From: Candidatus Binatia bacterium
GTDB lineage: Bacteria > Desulfobacterota > Binatia > UBA9968 > CAXXLF01
Direction: 5' to 3'
Length of the DNA: 64,000 nt
Assembly (NCBI GenBank): GCA_963664015.2
Contig: CAXXLF010000002.1
Location: forward strand, 864,001 to 928,000
In this document: piece by piece, positions 20,211-31,183 of the stretch
Layout: each line of letters begins with the position of its first letter
How positions within the stretch are numbered: position 1 is the stretch's first letter
Notes under the pieces: generated by a model
The model's input: the letters and a program-made list of their open reading frames with translations, nothing else
Databases searched by the model: none
What the model was told of the DNA's origin: nothing
Program-made: the position numbers and the translations under genes

Positions 20211-20570
20211 CTAGCTTGAAGATGCCGTGGATTCGGAACTACTCCCCTTGGCGGGTTTATCGTCAGCCGAGGCCTTTTTTTCTGAGGACGTGCTGGTGTC
20301 AGCCTTTCCGTCCCCCTTGCTTGAGGCCGTCTGGGACTCTTTCCCATCATTTGAGGCGGCATTGGACTCCTTTCCCTCCTCAGAATGGGTCCCTTTTTTA
20401 GCATAATCGGTAAGATACCAACCAGTCCCTACGAGCTTGAAAGTCGTATTGGAGATGAGTTTTTTGACCGGGTTTCCACAGGTGGGGCAGGTTTCCATGC
20501 TCGGTTCGGTGATTTTCTGGGTGATTTCAAACTCACCGCATTTTTGACAGCAATATTCATAGATTGGCAT
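20211..20570 (-). CDS. FmdB-family zinc-ribbon protein with a low-complexity tail
   Basis: [12 protein letters not shown]...CPTCG...KLIS...[13 protein letters not shown]. Confidence 0.9.
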   Translation of the reverse strand: MPIYEYCCQKCGEFEITQKITEPSMETCPTCGNPVKKLISNTTFKLVGTGWYLTDYAKKGTHSEEGKESNAASNDGKESQTASSKGDGKADTSTSSEKKASADDKPAKGSSSESTASSS

Positions 20571-20684
20571 CTGTAAGGCCCTCGTAAAACGATCTCTATT
20601 TTTAAGATAGTGCCTCCAAGACTGATTGTCAATGAGACCCACCTCCCCTGTTTCGGACTCAGGAAATACCCTAAGCGTTGGGGA

Positions 20685-21812
20685 TCAATGAGAAACCGGC
20701 TGGCCGGCCTCATTCTTACGCCAGACGCGGACAGCATTTTCCGGAAGATTGACGAAGACCTTCTGGCCTGAGGAAAAGAATTCCCCCACTGAGGTATAGA
20801 GTGTGAAACTCATTGGCCCAAAGCGGAGATGACACTCGTAACGATCACCAAGGAAGACGGCGGTATCCACCTCGCAAGGTACCTGATTGAATCCCTCTCC
20901 TTCCTTTACCTTACCAACACTAACCTCTTCCGGCCGGACGGCAACCACTACAGACTCACCGCTCTTCGGTGAGAATTCGGTTGCTGGGCATTGGATTTGG
21001 ACACCGGCCTCTCCATCCAATCCGACAACCATTCGCTCCGACTCTCTCTGCATCACGCATCCCTGCATCCAAATGACGCGGCCCAGAAACTCCTGGACAA
21101 AGGAAGTCGCGGGATTCGTGTAGACCTCGTGAGGCGCCGCGAGCTGCTCGATCTGGCCGTGGTTCATCACGGCCAAACGATCCGAAAGAGTCATGGCCTC
21201 GACCTGATCGTGGGTCACGAAAACAACCGTGATGGAAAGCCTGCGTTGCAGCGCCTTTAGCTCCACACGCATCTGCTCCCGCAGCTTAGCATCCAGGTTG
21301 CTGAGTGGTTCATCGAGCAGGAGGATCTTGGGAGAGTAGATGAGAGCTCTGGCAAGGGCCACCCGTTGCTGTTGCCCACCGCTCAGGAGCAAAGCCGGTC
21401 GATCCTCGAGGCCGTCCAATCCCACCAGACTCAGAACCGATTCCACCTTATCTTGCACCACATTCCCTTTGATGCGTCGCACCCGGAGAGGATAGGCCAC
21501 GTTTTCGAAGACGTTTAAATGAGGCCAGATGGCATAAGACTGGAAGACCATTCCCATCTCCCTTTTCTCAGGGGCGAGCAATATCCGCTTTGATATCGAG
21601 ACTACAGGTGTTCCCTCAACCTCAATCTCACCGCCATCGGGTTTTTCGAAGCCGGCTATCATGCGCAGGGTTGTGGTCTTTCCACAACCGCTGGGGCCCA
21701 GCAGGGTCAAGACTTCCCCCCTGGAGACATCGAATTCGATGTTATTGACTGCCGCCACGTTGCCGAAATTTTTTGTAAGACCCGTCGCCCTCAAAAATGG
21801 TTGTTCTGCCAT
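20685..21812 (-). CDS. ABC transporter ATP-binding subunit (Fe3+/polyamine type, TOBE domain)
   Basis: [39 protein letters not shown]. Confidence 0.95.
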   Translation of the reverse strand: MAEQPFLRATGLTKNFGNVAAVNNIEFDVSRGEVLTLLGPSGCGKTTTLRMIAGFEKPDGGEIEVEGTPVVSISKRILLAPEKREMGMVFQSYAIWPHLNVFENVAYPLRVRRIKGNVVQDKVESVLSLVGLDGLEDRPALLLSGGQQQRVALARALIYSPKILLLDEPLSNLDAKLREQMRVELKALQRRLSITVVFVTHDQVEAMTLSDRLAVMNHGQIEQLAAPHEVYTNPATSFVQEFLGRVIWMQGCVMQRESERMVVGLDGEAGVQIQCPATEFSPKSGESVVVAVRPEEVSVGKVKEGEGFNQVPCEVDTAVFLGDRYECHLRFGPMSFTLYTSVGEFFSSGQKVFVNLPENAVRVWRKNEAGQPVSH

Positions 21813-22022
21813 CTCGATTGCCTATCTCTTTCCTAGTGAAATATTTTTCGCACTCTGGGGGCAGGCCCCCTAAATGTTTCCCCGACCCCGCAATCGGAGT
21901 CCCATTAGATATCAAACCCGATGAAAGTGTGCAAGTTCTCATTTTCTCAGGTCATTAAATGACTCAACCCTGCCACCTCTAGCTTGTCGGGGGGTCCCTT
22001 TATTCTAACTCGTATACCTAAT

Positions 22023-24299
22023 TTAGGGAGAAGAAAGGGGGAGGCCCAGACCTCGGAAGACCTTCTCGGACGTTATGGGAAGTTCCATCAGGCGGACACC
22101 GGTAGCGTTATAGACGGCGTTGGCAATGGCCGGTGCGACGATGCCAATGCCCGACTCGGCCACCGGCTTGGCGCTAAAGGGGCCCGGCCCCTCATACACC
22201 TGAACCCTGGAAGTACTCAAGGGTGGAACGTCCCATATGGTGGGGATCTTATAGTCGCCGTGACTCAGGGTCAGAACTCGACCGTCTTCCACCACAAGGT
22301 GTTCCATGAGGGATTGTCCCGTTCCCTGAATAATGGCGCCCTCGATCTGGCCTTGATGGATCAGTGGATTGATGATCCTGGAAGAATCCATAGTGAAATA
22401 GAGCTGACGAACCCTGATCTGGCCCGTTTCCACATCGACCTCCACGTCAGCGATCATTGCCTGAAAAACATACACCTCAGGCCGGCTACCCTTGCAGTGA
22501 CCGAAACCACGAAGCGGACTTTTAGCAGTCAGACGAGCAATGGATAGTAGGTCCAAGGACCGTTTTTTGGCTCCTCGCGTCCAGGCCCGCCCCGTTTCCC
22601 ATTGGACCTCATTTTCATCGAGTTTCCATGCTGAGGCAGCTTGCTCGCGCAGCTGTTTGATGAGGGAGTGGGTGGCACGAACAACTGCCTGCCCTTCTAT
22701 ATAAGTCCCCCTTTGTCCCCGCACCCCTTCATCGTAGGTTCCGGTATCGGTCCCCTTGACGTCGATCTCAACTCGCTCCGCCTCAATCCCTAGGAGTTCG
22801 GCCGCGACCTGCCGATGCATGGTATAGGCACCCACCCCGACGTCACGCACTGCAGTCGCCAAACGTAAGGTTCCATCGGGATCCAAAAACAGTTCGACAC
22901 TGGATTCTCCCGTACCAATGTGCCGAAAGCCCAGGGCCAGGCCTCGCCCTGTAACCACTCGCCCCTGGCCTTGTCCCCTCCGTCGGGGGCCCGGGCGCCG
23001 CTTTGAGACCTTTGCCACCTGACGTAGAACATCCAGAGCACGGGGGTCCCGTAAGGGCTCATCCGTAGGCTTGGCGTCTCCTTCTCGCAGCGCGTTGATC
23101 ATGCGAAATTCATAGGCGTCGATACCAAGCGCCTCGGCCATCATATCCATGTGACTTTCAACGGCAAAAAGGGTCTGCACCTCTCCCGGGGCCCGAAAGA
23201 ATCCGGTGGGCACCTGATTGGTGTAAATACTGTAACCCTCCATTCGCACGTGGGGGGTGCGGTAACAACCCGCCAGCAGAAAAGTCCCATTAAGGCCATT
23301 GCGTGGCGTGCGTGCCGCATAGGCTCCGCCGTTGTAGTAGACCTTACCGTCCCATGCCCAAATTCTCCCGTCCCTCTTCACACCAGTTCGAAGCACGACC
23401 ACGGCCGAATGACGTGGTTGGCCGTCGAGCAACTCCTGGGTATAGCTCTCCTGAACTCGTACGGGCTGACCCGACGCGCGGGCGAGATAATAGTTGCAGA
23501 GGATATCGTCATAGCCCAACTTGCCGCCGAAGGAGCCCCCTGTGGAAACCGGGTGAACGACGATCATCTCTTCGGGCAAGTCCAGGTGTGCTGCCAACTT
23601 GCTACGCACCATAAAGGGGGCCTGATGGCAGTGCCAAACGGATATCCTCCCCTGACTGTCGACTTCCACGAGTCCCGCTCGTGGCTCTATGAAGCTCTGA
23701 TGCACCATGGGAATGGTAAAGGTGCTGTCGAACACCTTATCACACTCGCCAAATCCTATTTCGATGTCTCCCTTACCTGCCCGCTCCACCGATTGGACGT
23801 TTTTCAACACGGGCTCCTTGTGCATCCCTTCGTACTCGTCGTAGTTGGGGTGGAGCAGCGGGGCCCCAGGCTTTAAGGCCTCCAGCGGTTCATATACGGC
23901 TGGCAGTTCTTCGTAATTGACCTCTATCAGACTCACGGCCTCCTCGGCGAGGTCCTTGTCGAGAGCAGCAACCCCAGCGACCTTCTCTCCGATATAACGC
24001 ACCCGATCCTGTGCGAGGGCGGGCATATCCTCAAGGCCGAGCCCCTCCAGCCGCGGTGAAACGTCTTTCCCGGTGATAACCGCCTTGACACCGGGGATTT
24101 TGAGCGCACGGCTCGCATTGATATTCAGGATACGGGCATGAGGATAGGGGCTACGTAGAAACCCGCCCCAGAGGGTGTTGGGACGCTTCACGTCTGCGGT
24201 GTAAACACAGGAGCCGGAAACTTTGCTCAAGCCCTCCACTCTTGGGAGCCCAAGACCTACGGCGTGAGCCTTGGCGCGTCTGTCATTGGATACGGACAT
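22023..24299 (-). CDS. Xanthine dehydrogenase-family molybdopterin-binding large subunit (orphan #2)
   Basis: LRSPYPHARI, HQSFIEP, GGSFGGK, FFRAPG, GQIEGAIIQG, KPVAE. Confidence 0.92.
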   Translation of the reverse strand: MSVSNDRRAKAHAVGLGLPRVEGLSKVSGSCVYTADVKRPNTLWGGFLRSPYPHARILNINASRALKIPGVKAVITGKDVSPRLEGLGLEDMPALAQDRVRYIGEKVAGVAALDKDLAEEAVSLIEVNYEELPAVYEPLEALKPGAPLLHPNYDEYEGMHKEPVLKNVQSVERAGKGDIEIGFGECDKVFDSTFTIPMVHQSFIEPRAGLVEVDSQGRISVWHCHQAPFMVRSKLAAHLDLPEEMIVVHPVSTGGSFGGKLGYDDILCNYYLARASGQPVRVQESYTQELLDGQPRHSAVVVLRTGVKRDGRIWAWDGKVYYNGGAYAARTPRNGLNGTFLLAGCYRTPHVRMEGYSIYTNQVPTGFFRAPGEVQTLFAVESHMDMMAEALGIDAYEFRMINALREGDAKPTDEPLRDPRALDVLRQVAKVSKRRPGPRRRGQGQGRVVTGRGLALGFRHIGTGESSVELFLDPDGTLRLATAVRDVGVGAYTMHRQVAAELLGIEAERVEIDVKGTDTGTYDEGVRGQRGTYIEGQAVVRATHSLIKQLREQAASAWKLDENEVQWETGRAWTRGAKKRSLDLLSIARLTAKSPLRGFGHCKGSRPEVYVFQAMIADVEVDVETGQIRVRQLYFTMDSSRIINPLIHQGQIEGAIIQGTGQSLMEHLVVEDGRVLTLSHGDYKIPTIWDVPPLSTSRVQVYEGPGPFSAKPVAESGIGIVAPAIANAVYNATGVRLMELPITSEKVFRGLGLPLSSP

Positions 24300-24349
24300 G
24301 ACATGCGAGTAACACAAAATCGCAAGTGGGGTCAAACATCAGTGGGGGA

Positions 24350-26000
24350 CCGAATGAACAACGACTCCGGTGAGGGCGCGTTGAGAGATGGTTCAGGAGT
24401 TATTCAGACAGCGGCGACGGGAGGTTCCGACGGGTGTAGCGGGACCGCACCGTCACAGGTTTCTCTGCTTAGATGGCCTCTTCATCAAAATAACTACGTG
24501 TCTCGATTCCGAGCCATGGGGGCGCGACAAAGAAGGGCTCCATGAGCTCCAGGTTGAGGTCCTAACTGTCCTGGCGAAGGTTCTTAGGAGCCGAATATTC
24601 CAGCTGAGCCCCATCATCCGTATTGGTCACGGCTCCATCGGAAAAGGCTCTGAGTTCCTTCGTCCCCATGCGGTAGAACCTCAGGACCAAGGTGATATCG
24701 CTCAGGTTCAACTCTTGCAGATCTTCCTTCAACGTTGGATGGCTAGAATAAATCTGTCGTAAGGCTTCGACATCGAAGACCTGATTGATACTGCTTCCCA
24801 CCAGCAGGAAGCCGTCGTCTTCAAACTCCCCCATACGGAGACATGGCTAAAGGTTTCACCAAAAGCACGAAAAACCATCCGGAGGTCATCCAGTAATATG
24901 GAATAGTTGTGTATCCATTGGGCAAAAATGCCATCTTTATTGAGTTTAGACTTTGCGGCCTCATAGAATTCCCGTGTGTAGAGATTAGCGATTTCCGAGA
25001 TCCAGGGATTCGAAGGCTCGGAGATAATCACGTCGTAGTGTTTAGGACTGGCGAGGATATAGTTACGAGCGTCGGTTAAGGTAATGCGAACCCTTGGGTT
25101 TTGCAGGATGTTGCCGTTCAAGTCGTTGAATATTTCGGCCGCCTCAAGGATAGCCGGCTCTATCTCCATGACCTCGATCTCACGAACGGGAAAATCGCTG
25201 ACAGCTTTAACGTCACCAGCAGGGTGGTAAATGAGTAGATTGAGCTACTGATAACCATAGTTAATGCACAAGTCCAACTGTTCTCGTAGAGCAGGGCGGA
25301 AAATCCAGAAAATCCAATTTAGAGGAGAAGCACCGACCCCAACCAGGAAGGTCGGTTGCTGGGTTCGTTCTGCAACGATGGGTCGCCGGGGGTTCTCAGT
25401 TCGTCGGACTCATCCTTAGCCGGCGTCCAGTCGATGGCAATGATTACCCTGGCCACGGTCAGATTCAATGTCGCGGCCAGATAAACAGTCGAACGCATTT
25501 CCAGAGCAGGGATTAAACTGTAGCCAGCAGCATCACAACCGACTACCGCACCGATGGTGTTGATTGCATAGAGGTCCCCGAGTCGACGCCCGAGAACATT
25601 CAAATTGCGTATAAGAAAACGACTGAGGATAGGGAGCGTGGCCCCCATGAGCAGAGTAGGAACCATCAGGAAGACAAAGGACAGTAGAAAGAGAATCAGA
25701 TTGAAAGCTAGGGGCAAGGACTTGTTAAGGGAAGAGAGAGGAATGTACACGCCTCTCACAAGATAAAAGATCCAGGGCACGAGCAACCCATAAAACCCCA
25801 CGCCACCTCGAGGAAACCATAAAAGAGAAAGTTATTCTTTCCCCGGTCCGCTATCCGGCCAAAGAGATAACTTCCCAAGGCCAGGCCGGCCATAAAGGCG
25901 GTCAGAACCGTGGCCACGGCGTACGTGGTGTTACCAAAGACCTGGGTCTGCATCCGGGTCCAAACCACTTCGTAGATAAGACCCGACATGCCGGAGGATT
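24350..26000 (-). pseudogene. Fused membrane / spermidine-synthase-like protein, fragmented
   Basis: SGLIYEVVWTR..FGNTTYA, PTLLMGATLP, LYAINTIGAV, MEIEPA, YDVIISEPSNPW, LYTREFY, NTDD..LEY in four or more frames with a large internal deletion; ends approximate. Confidence 0.85.
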
Positions 26001-26127
26001 GAAGGATTCGAGCGCACAAAGCCCCTTACGGGGCTCCGCCTATTAGACGAGGCTGGGTTCCGCTCACCTATTCTCAACGGCCACGCTTGAACGCGAATTC
26101 AGCGGTATGCGACAGGTGGGATCGTCT

Positions 26128-27561
26128 TTACAGTTGTGATTGCCACTTGGCCAGCATTTGGGCCTTTTGGGCTGGGGTGGACTCAGCGACTACGGGGAAT
26201 TCATTACGCCATTCATACGGTCGAGTCGCATCGATAATGGCCCGCGACATCCCATAGTCACGGCGCTTTCTTTGCTCCGGCGAAATCATAGGATCGAGGG
26301 GACCGCTCAGGCACCGGCGAAGGATTTCGATATCCTGAGCCGGGTCACTCCGCGTGCACACCGCCCACATCACCTCAGGCAGATCTCTTGGGTTAATGTC
26401 TTCATCGACCACGATCACGTAACGCCCCATGTATGCACCACCCCGGGATTGGCAAACGATCGACGCCGCCTGCCGCGCATGACCGGGATAGAGCTGCTGG
26501 ATGGAAATGACGTTGAGCATATGACCACCACCTACCTCGTGGAACCAGACCCCCTTCACCCCAGGTATCCCCGCGCCCTCAAGCTGTTCGTAAATGGCCG
26601 CCGAGCGCAGGATGGACTGCATGTAGACCTTTCCCGAAGGGGGTTTGACGGGAGGTGAACCCAGGAGGATGGGATCGTTGCGGTGATAGAGGGCTTTGAC
26701 CTGAACCACAGGTTCTGGCCGGGCACCGCTACCGTAATACCCCGTCCACTCGCCGAATGGTCCCTCTGGTCTTCGGTCTTCGGGCATCACGAAACCCTCT
26801 ACCACGATCTCGGCATCCGCCGGTATGGGAAGCCCTGTCACCGGACCGCGAATCACCCGTACCGGTTCGCCCTTGATCCCTCCCACGAACTCCAGTTCGA
26901 ACTGGCCGTGGGGCATACCCCAGCTGGCCACCATGTGCAATAAGGGGTCGGCGCCAAACACCGCCACAACGGGCATGGGTTCATTGCGGGCAAACCACTT
27001 GTCCCGATGAATCCCGCCGTCATGACTGGGGGAGATATAGACGAAGATGTGGTCTCGATCGTGCACCATGACACGGTAGGCCCCCATATTGAGGGAATCG
27101 TTTTCCGGATCCCGGGTAATGATCGCATCTCCCGTGCCCAGATAGCGCCCACCGTCATGCTCGTGCCAGCGGGGCGTCGGGAACTTCCACATGTCGATCT
27201 GATCGCCGCGCAGCACGTTCTCCAGGATGGGGCCCTCGTCGACGTATTCCACTGGAGCCGGACGAATGGAACGGCGCTTCTCGCGCCATGCGGCGATGAG
27301 GCCGGGTTCGTCCAGATCCGTGGGAAGCCCCAGAGTCAAGGCGGCCCTTTTTCGCGAACCCGAGTCGTTGATCAGGATCCGATAACCGGAAGGGTAGTCC
27401 TGAATATCGTCGAAGATCACCGCCGGCTGCTGGTTGGCCCGCATGATGTGCTCCGCCAGCACTCCGATCTCTACGTCCCAGTGGGCCCCCTTGAGCACTT
27501 TGAGCTCACCCATACGCTCCGTATGTTCCAACCATGTTCTCAAGTCGTTGTACTGTAGCAA
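26128..27561 (-). CDS. UbiD-family prFMN-dependent (de)carboxylase
   Basis: YNDLRTWL, DGGRYLGT, NMGAYR, EGPFGEWTGYY, VIVVDEDI, IIDATRP; probable TTG start at 27561 after RBS GGAGA. Confidence 0.92.
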   Translation of the reverse strand: MLQYNDLRTWLEHTERMGELKVLKGAHWDVEIGVLAEHIMRANQQPAVIFDDIQDYPSGYRILINDSGSRKRAALTLGLPTDLDEPGLIAAWREKRRSIRPAPVEYVDEGPILENVLRGDQIDMWKFPTPRWHEHDGGRYLGTGDAIITRDPENDSLNMGAYRVMVHDRDHIFVYISPSHDGGIHRDKWFARNEPMPVVAVFGADPLLHMVASWGMPHGQFELEFVGGIKGEPVRVIRGPVTGLPIPADAEIVVEGFVMPEDRRPEGPFGEWTGYYGSGARPEPVVQVKALYHRNDPILLGSPPVKPPSGKVYMQSILRSAAIYEQLEGAGIPGVKGVWFHEVGGGHMLNVISIQQLYPGHARQAASIVCQSRGGAYMGRYVIVVDEDINPRDLPEVMWAVCTRSDPAQDIEILRRCLSGPLDPMISPEQRKRRDYGMSRAIIDATRPYEWRNEFPVVAESTPAQKAQMLAKWQSQL

Positions 27562-27608
27562 TGTCTTTCTCCCATAGGTCCGCCGGGCATCCTCAGCGAG
27601 TCGGCTGT

Positions 27609-28478
27609 TTATACCTGTTTTCGATACCAATCGATGATTTCGCTTCCAGTGGCGAACCAGACTCGCTCGTATTGTTTCATGTGCAGCAGAGCTTTCTTTA
27701 AATAACCGATTCTCAAGGGCTGTCCCGTAATGAAGGGATGGAGCGGAATGCCCAAAACCCGTGGGCAGCCCTCGCTGTCCGTGTACAGGGTTTCGAACTG
27801 GTCGCAAACGGACTCGTAGTATTCTCTCCCTGTATAACCCTTCCTGATGATGAGCGGGATGTCGTTGATCTCCATGCAATAGGGCAAGGATGTCATCTCG
27901 CCCTGCTCGACCTTCATGGGGAAGGGTTGATCGTCGTGGCACCAATCTCCAACATAGTTGACGCCCGCCGCCGCGAGCAGATCCGGTGTGTGGTGTGTCT
28001 CCGCGAGCCCCGGTCCAAGCCACCCTCTGGGCCGCTCTCCCGCGAAGCGCTCGATGGTGCTAAGGGTTTTCTCGATGACTTCCTTTTCCTCCTCCAGGGG
28101 AAGGTTTGCTAAACTCTGGTTGTTGGTCACCCCGTGCCCCATAAATTCCCAGCGGCGTTTTTTCATCTCTTCGAAGACCTTGGGAAACACCTCACAGACG
28201 TCAGAATTTAATGCCACGGTGGCCCGAATACCCAACTCATCCAGCACGTCGGCAATGCGCCAGAGCCCGACACGAAGGCCGTACTCTTTCCAAGTATAGT
28301 TGACCACGTCGGGGAGCGTACCCCGGACATTAGGCGTAATGGCTACGGCGCTCAGCATGTCAAAGTAATAGACCTCGACATTGGGTATGACCCAGACGGC
28401 AAGGGTCTTGCCGTCTGGCCAGGTAAACGGCTTGCGCTCGAAGATCAGAGAATCTTCGTATCGATCAGAACGTTTCAT
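27609..28478 (-). CDS. Polysaccharide deacetylase (CE4) family protein, PuuE-like
   Basis: WPDGKTLAVWVIPNVE, EYGLRVGLWR, EFMGHG, GWLGPGL, DDQP, LHPFITGQP. Confidence 0.88.
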   Translation of the reverse strand: MKRSDRYEDSLIFERKPFTWPDGKTLAVWVIPNVEVYYFDMLSAVAITPNVRGTLPDVVNYTWKEYGLRVGLWRIADVLDELGIRATVALNSDVCEVFPKVFEEMKKRRWEFMGHGVTNNQSLANLPLEEEKEVIEKTLSTIERFAGERPRGWLGPGLAETHHTPDLLAAAGVNYVGDWCHDDQPFPMKVEQGEMTSLPYCMEINDIPLIIRKGYTGREYYESVCDQFETLYTDSEGCPRVLGIPLHPFITGQPLRIGYLKKALLHMKQYERVWFATGSEIIDWYRKQV

Positions 28479-28506
28479 AGCAGGCCATCACAGCTGGGAT
28501 TGAGCG

Positions 28507-29562
28507 TCAGTCCCCGGATTCCTCCCGATAGAGCTCTACGGCTTTCAGCAGAGGCGCATCCGTGACGCTGAACAGAATAGTCTCGTCTTTGACGAGATTT
28601 CGGTGGCTGTGCCGGGCCCAATTGGGAACCACAAACCCGTCTCCCTTGGACCAGCGCAGAACCTGATCCCCGACGTGGGTTTCCCCTTCACCTTGAACCA
28701 CGTAATAGACGGCGCCGGAAGTATGACGGTGCGCCTTGGTTTGTTCCGCCCCCCTCAGCATCTGGATATGACACCCAATAGTGGGAAAGGCCGGACCGCC
28801 GGTGATGGGATTAACGTATTCCAGGATAACCCCATCATAGGGGCTCCCCTCTTTAGCCGCCAACCGCTTGAGCGTCTCGTAAGTGTCTTTCCATTTATAC
28901 GCAACGGGCACCCCGACCCTGGCCTCAACGGTGCTCCACTGGGGCCGCGCCCAACCAACCCGCAACCGGGTACTGTCCGCCTCTTCTACCATCTCCTGCC
29001 CTTCGGTTGGTGACTGCTCGTAAAAAATGGCATTAGTGTTTCTTACAAAGGGAGTGTCAATGGCGTCCAACCAGATGGGATAGTCATCAGTCGGGTTCTC
29101 ATGATGGTGCCACGCGCCTTGGGGAGTGAGAATTAGGTCATTGTCCTCCATGTAGAATTTCTCGCCGTTTACCACCGTGTAAACATTGGGATTACCTTTG
29201 ACCACGAACCTCAAAGCAGACATGGTATGACGGTGCGCCCAGGCGGCCTCCTGGGGCCGCAGCATCTGCATCCCGACGCGCACCGACAGAATGGTCCCCT
29301 TGGAGGGCAATGCGGGGTTAGTGAACAGGATACTGCGCCGCCCGCCCTCCTTCAGCCCCAGCACCTCACAGGCCTGGCGCATCATGTTGAGCATCATGGG
29401 CCACTTCCATATATGAGGGACGCCACCGGGACTTGGCTCCGGCTGGCGTGGAATCTGCCATTCCCCGACTAGGTGAGCCGCTTCCAGTTCCTGCTCGAAG
29501 CTCTTCAAGCCCTCCGTTTGATCGGATAGAACATAGGCCCCGTCTTGGACAATGTTAGCCAT
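28507..29562 (-). CDS. Gentisate 1,2-dioxygenase-like bicupin
   Basis: RRSILFTNP, AHRHTMSALRF, TPQGAWHHH, WLDAID, LEYVNPITGG, HRHT, FVVPNWARH. Confidence 0.88.
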   Translation of the reverse strand: MANIVQDGAYVLSDQTEGLKSFEQELEAAHLVGEWQIPRQPEPSPGGVPHIWKWPMMLNMMRQACEVLGLKEGGRRSILFTNPALPSKGTILSVRVGMQMLRPQEAAWAHRHTMSALRFVVKGNPNVYTVVNGEKFYMEDNDLILTPQGAWHHHENPTDDYPIWLDAIDTPFVRNTNAIFYEQSPTEGQEMVEEADSTRLRVGWARPQWSTVEARVGVPVAYKWKDTYETLKRLAAKEGSPYDGVILEYVNPITGGPAFPTIGCHIQMLRGAEQTKAHRHTSGAVYYVVQGEGETHVGDQVLRWSKGDGFVVPNWARHSHRNLVKDETILFSVTDAPLLKAVELYREESGD

Positions 29563-29704
29563 CGTATTGACCCCCTATCATTGATACGTCCCGCTTGTGC
29601 TACCTCGATCAGCCATCCGGTTCATTTTATGCAATTGGCGTCCACCCACAACTTTGATGGTTACCCCACGCCCCGGTCGCAGGGGGGGGGCACTTGACCC
29701 GATC

Positions 29705-31120
29705 CTATTTGAAGCCATAGTTCTTCCAGTTTTCATGGACGGTCTGGATGTACTTCCTTGGCATCCGTGAGACCTCTGGATAGGCGTGTTTACGGGTCGC
29801 ATCGATAGACACCTTGCTGCCGATCCTGCGCTGTGGATCGTGTTCGGGGATGTCGACCGGCGCCGTAGATGGATCCAGCCCGATGGAAATCACGTCGTTT
29901 GCCACCATGAGATCTTTCCCCGGTTGGGACCGAAAGCTCATAGCCCACTCCACCTCGAACGGGTCTCGTATATCGATATCGTCGTCCACAACAACCAGGT
30001 ACTTGGGTTCCTTGTTCATCAACGACCAGGTCGCCCAGGTCACTTCCTTGACCTGTTGGGAGTGCTCTTTGCGAAGCGCAACGATGATCCATCCTGTAGC
30101 GCCGCCGCTCTCCGGGAAATGCACATCCGTTACCGGCAATCCGAGCACACCGCTCAAATGCCGACGCAAGGCGGCTGCGCGCCCCACGCTGCGGATGCAG
30201 CTGGACTCGCTGGGCGGCATCTGGCTGAGAAAGGCTTGATAGACGGGACTGTGCCGCCGGGTCATGCAGGTCAATTCAATTACCGGGGCCAGCCCATGGA
30301 CCCCCATATAGCCGGTGTATTCTCCGAAGGGTCCTTCGTCCTCACGAACACCGTGCCGCATCACACCTTCCAGCACTATTTCCGCGTTGGCCGGTACCTC
30401 CAGGTCAACGGTTTCGCATTTCACCAAGGGTACCGGCTCGCCGCGAAGCCCGCCGGCGACTCGGTACTCGTCGATCCCGTACGCGAACTTCGTAACCGAC
30501 GCTAACGTAACCGTGGGGTCGGCACCGATTACGATGGCCACGGGCATATCCTTACCCATGGATTCGTACTTACGCAAATGCCGCATGGCGTGTTTTTCAT
30601 GGCCCATGTAAATCCCCAGACGATTCGGCCCCTTGACCTGCAACCGATAGGTCCCAATGTTCCGGTTGCCGGACTCGGGCTCTTTTGTAACTATCAGGGG
30701 CGCCGTGATATAGGGGCCTGGATCACGGCTTGGCGTCCAAATGGCATGGGGTAGAATCCCTATATCCAACTCCGAACCCTGGTAAATGACCTCTTTGCAC
30801 AGGCCCGTCTTAACGAGCTCCGGTTCGATGGGCTCTCGCTGAGCCCTTTCCCAGACTGCCGGGATCTGGTCGAGCGTGGTAGAAAGGGCCATCGCATAGA
30901 TTTCCGGCGACCCGCCGACTGTCCCTACGACCAACGGAAACTTGCTCTTACCCACATGATCGAAGCATAGGGCCGTACGTTCAGGCCACGAGAACCGCTC
31001 AAACATGTTCCGCGTGACAGCAGCTACTTCCCAGGTGGGATCGACTTCTCTCTTGATATGATGCAGCTTCCCGGCTTCCTCCAGACGAGCAAGGTATTCT
31101 TGTAAATTGCTATAAGCCAC
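29705..31120 (-). CDS. UbiD-family prFMN-dependent (de)carboxylase
   Basis: YSNLQEYL, DPGPYIT, NIGTYR, EGPFGEYTGY, VVVDDDID, IDATRK; GTG start with RBS GGAGG. Confidence 0.92.
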   Translation of the reverse strand: MAYSNLQEYLARLEEAGKLHHIKREVDPTWEVAAVTRNMFERFSWPERTALCFDHVGKSKFPLVVGTVGGSPEIYAMALSTTLDQIPAVWERAQREPIEPELVKTGLCKEVIYQGSELDIGILPHAIWTPSRDPGPYITAPLIVTKEPESGNRNIGTYRLQVKGPNRLGIYMGHEKHAMRHLRKYESMGKDMPVAIVIGADPTVTLASVTKFAYGIDEYRVAGGLRGEPVPLVKCETVDLEVPANAEIVLEGVMRHGVREDEGPFGEYTGYMGVHGLAPVIELTCMTRRHSPVYQAFLSQMPPSESSCIRSVGRAAALRRHLSGVLGLPVTDVHFPESGGATGWIIVALRKEHSQQVKEVTWATWSLMNKEPKYLVVVDDDIDIRDPFEVEWAMSFRSQPGKDLMVANDVISIGLDPSTAPVDIPEHDPQRRIGSKVSIDATRKHAYPEVSRMPRKYIQTVHENWKNYGFK

Positions 31121-31183
31121 CGTAAAAGAACCTCCTAGAAACGATCATCACAACGGGCATCCATCCAAGGGCACGGCCAAGGT

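Noticed and set aside
26010-26115. Group II intron remnant
   Set aside because: GTGCG and CGGTATGCG-like words are present, but no domain V helix could be built.
27562-28023. N-terminal extension of the 631-aa UbiD ORF
   Set aside because: It overlaps the deacetylase gene in another frame; UbiD similarity and an RBS begin near 27561.
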